Assembly (NCBI RefSeq): GCF_964355755.1
Contig: NC_092672.1
Location: 21,589,237 to 21,653,236 of the forward strand
Source of the DNA: Antedon mediterranea
Taxonomy: Eukaryota > Animalia > Echinodermata
Length of the DNA: 64,000 bases
Direction of reading: 5' to 3'
The notes beneath the pieces were generated by a model. That model was given only the letters and a program-made list of their open reading frames with translations, was not told where the DNA came from and made no database searches. Made by a program: the position numbers and the translations under genes. Each line of letters begins with the position of its first letter. Position 1 is the first letter of the stretch. This document shows positions 63,266 through 64,000 of this stretch, piece by piece.

Positions 63266-64000
63266 CAGTGTTACAACCACTTATGTAGTACCAGCTATAA
63301 TAAAAACTACTGCTAAGAGAGAAACAATAAAGATATCATATCATTTATTTCATTTGAACAAATACAAACATGAAAACAGAACAATTGTAAATCAATGAGG
63401 CAGGATTACCTAACATAACAGTCGCGAAGCCAAAATAAGACATTCAAACATATTTAAAACATAATTAAAAACACATTTTTGTAAGAAAGTTAAAATTTCT
63501 GTATATGAATGACAAGATAGTTTAAATTGTATGAAGTTAAATTTATTACAGCAAAATCCACCACAGGTTAGCTAATTCCTCAAAATAATCAAAGCCGAAC
63601 AAATCAGAATGGAATCATGCTTATATTTCTTCTAACTTTCAGAAACATCAAATTATCAACATTATTTTCTTTGATATTATTAATTTGAATACTATAATAA
63701 AAATTTTCAAATAGTAGGCAAAACTTTTTTACGTAGGAAAAGTGGTCAAAATATTAACCAAAAAATCCATGAAAACAAAACAGCAATTTGTTAAGAGATT
63801 GATTCACACATATATATATATAAACTTTTATGGGGATAAAAATGCAATAATTATCCATCATTTGTTTTGCAGAAAATACATTGCAAGAAAAGTATTTTAT
63901 ATTACTAAAATATAAATATGTTTATTTTGCGGTGAAACATTTTAAGATTTGTTTAAGAGTGACTAGTATCAATCATAGTATAATAATTCTCAAACACTTG

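Overview
AT-rich eukaryotic genomic DNA, with GT-AG introns and a TE spectrum typical of an invertebrate animal (the lineage is an inference). One long multi-exon gene runs on the + strand across the whole window and its 5' end lies upstream. It encodes an ankyrin-repeat / Roc GTPase / COR / death-effector-like (Roco-family) protein. I reconstructed its exons by hand from splice sites and reading-frame phase, because the ORF track misses most of them. Each ankyrin repeat sits on its own phase-0 exon. A recent ~6.9 kb tandem duplication copied one ankyrin exon, and the two copies differ by 5 substitutions, all non-synonymous and at predicted binding-surface positions. The introns are full of transposons. 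These include an 8.37 kb AcademX DNA transposon (TAG..CTA ends, ~0.9 kb TIRs, AAT TSD, transposase plus XPG-like nuclease, one frameshift) nested in a Helitron, and four copies of that Helitron family. There are also a three-level nest of Helentron/Helitron2-like elements, a Ginger-like foldback element, Kolobok-like MITEs, LINE relics, two degenerate hammerhead-ribozyme motifs and several minisatellites, one of which amplifies a splice donor. Coordinates were counted by eye and no database searches were run.
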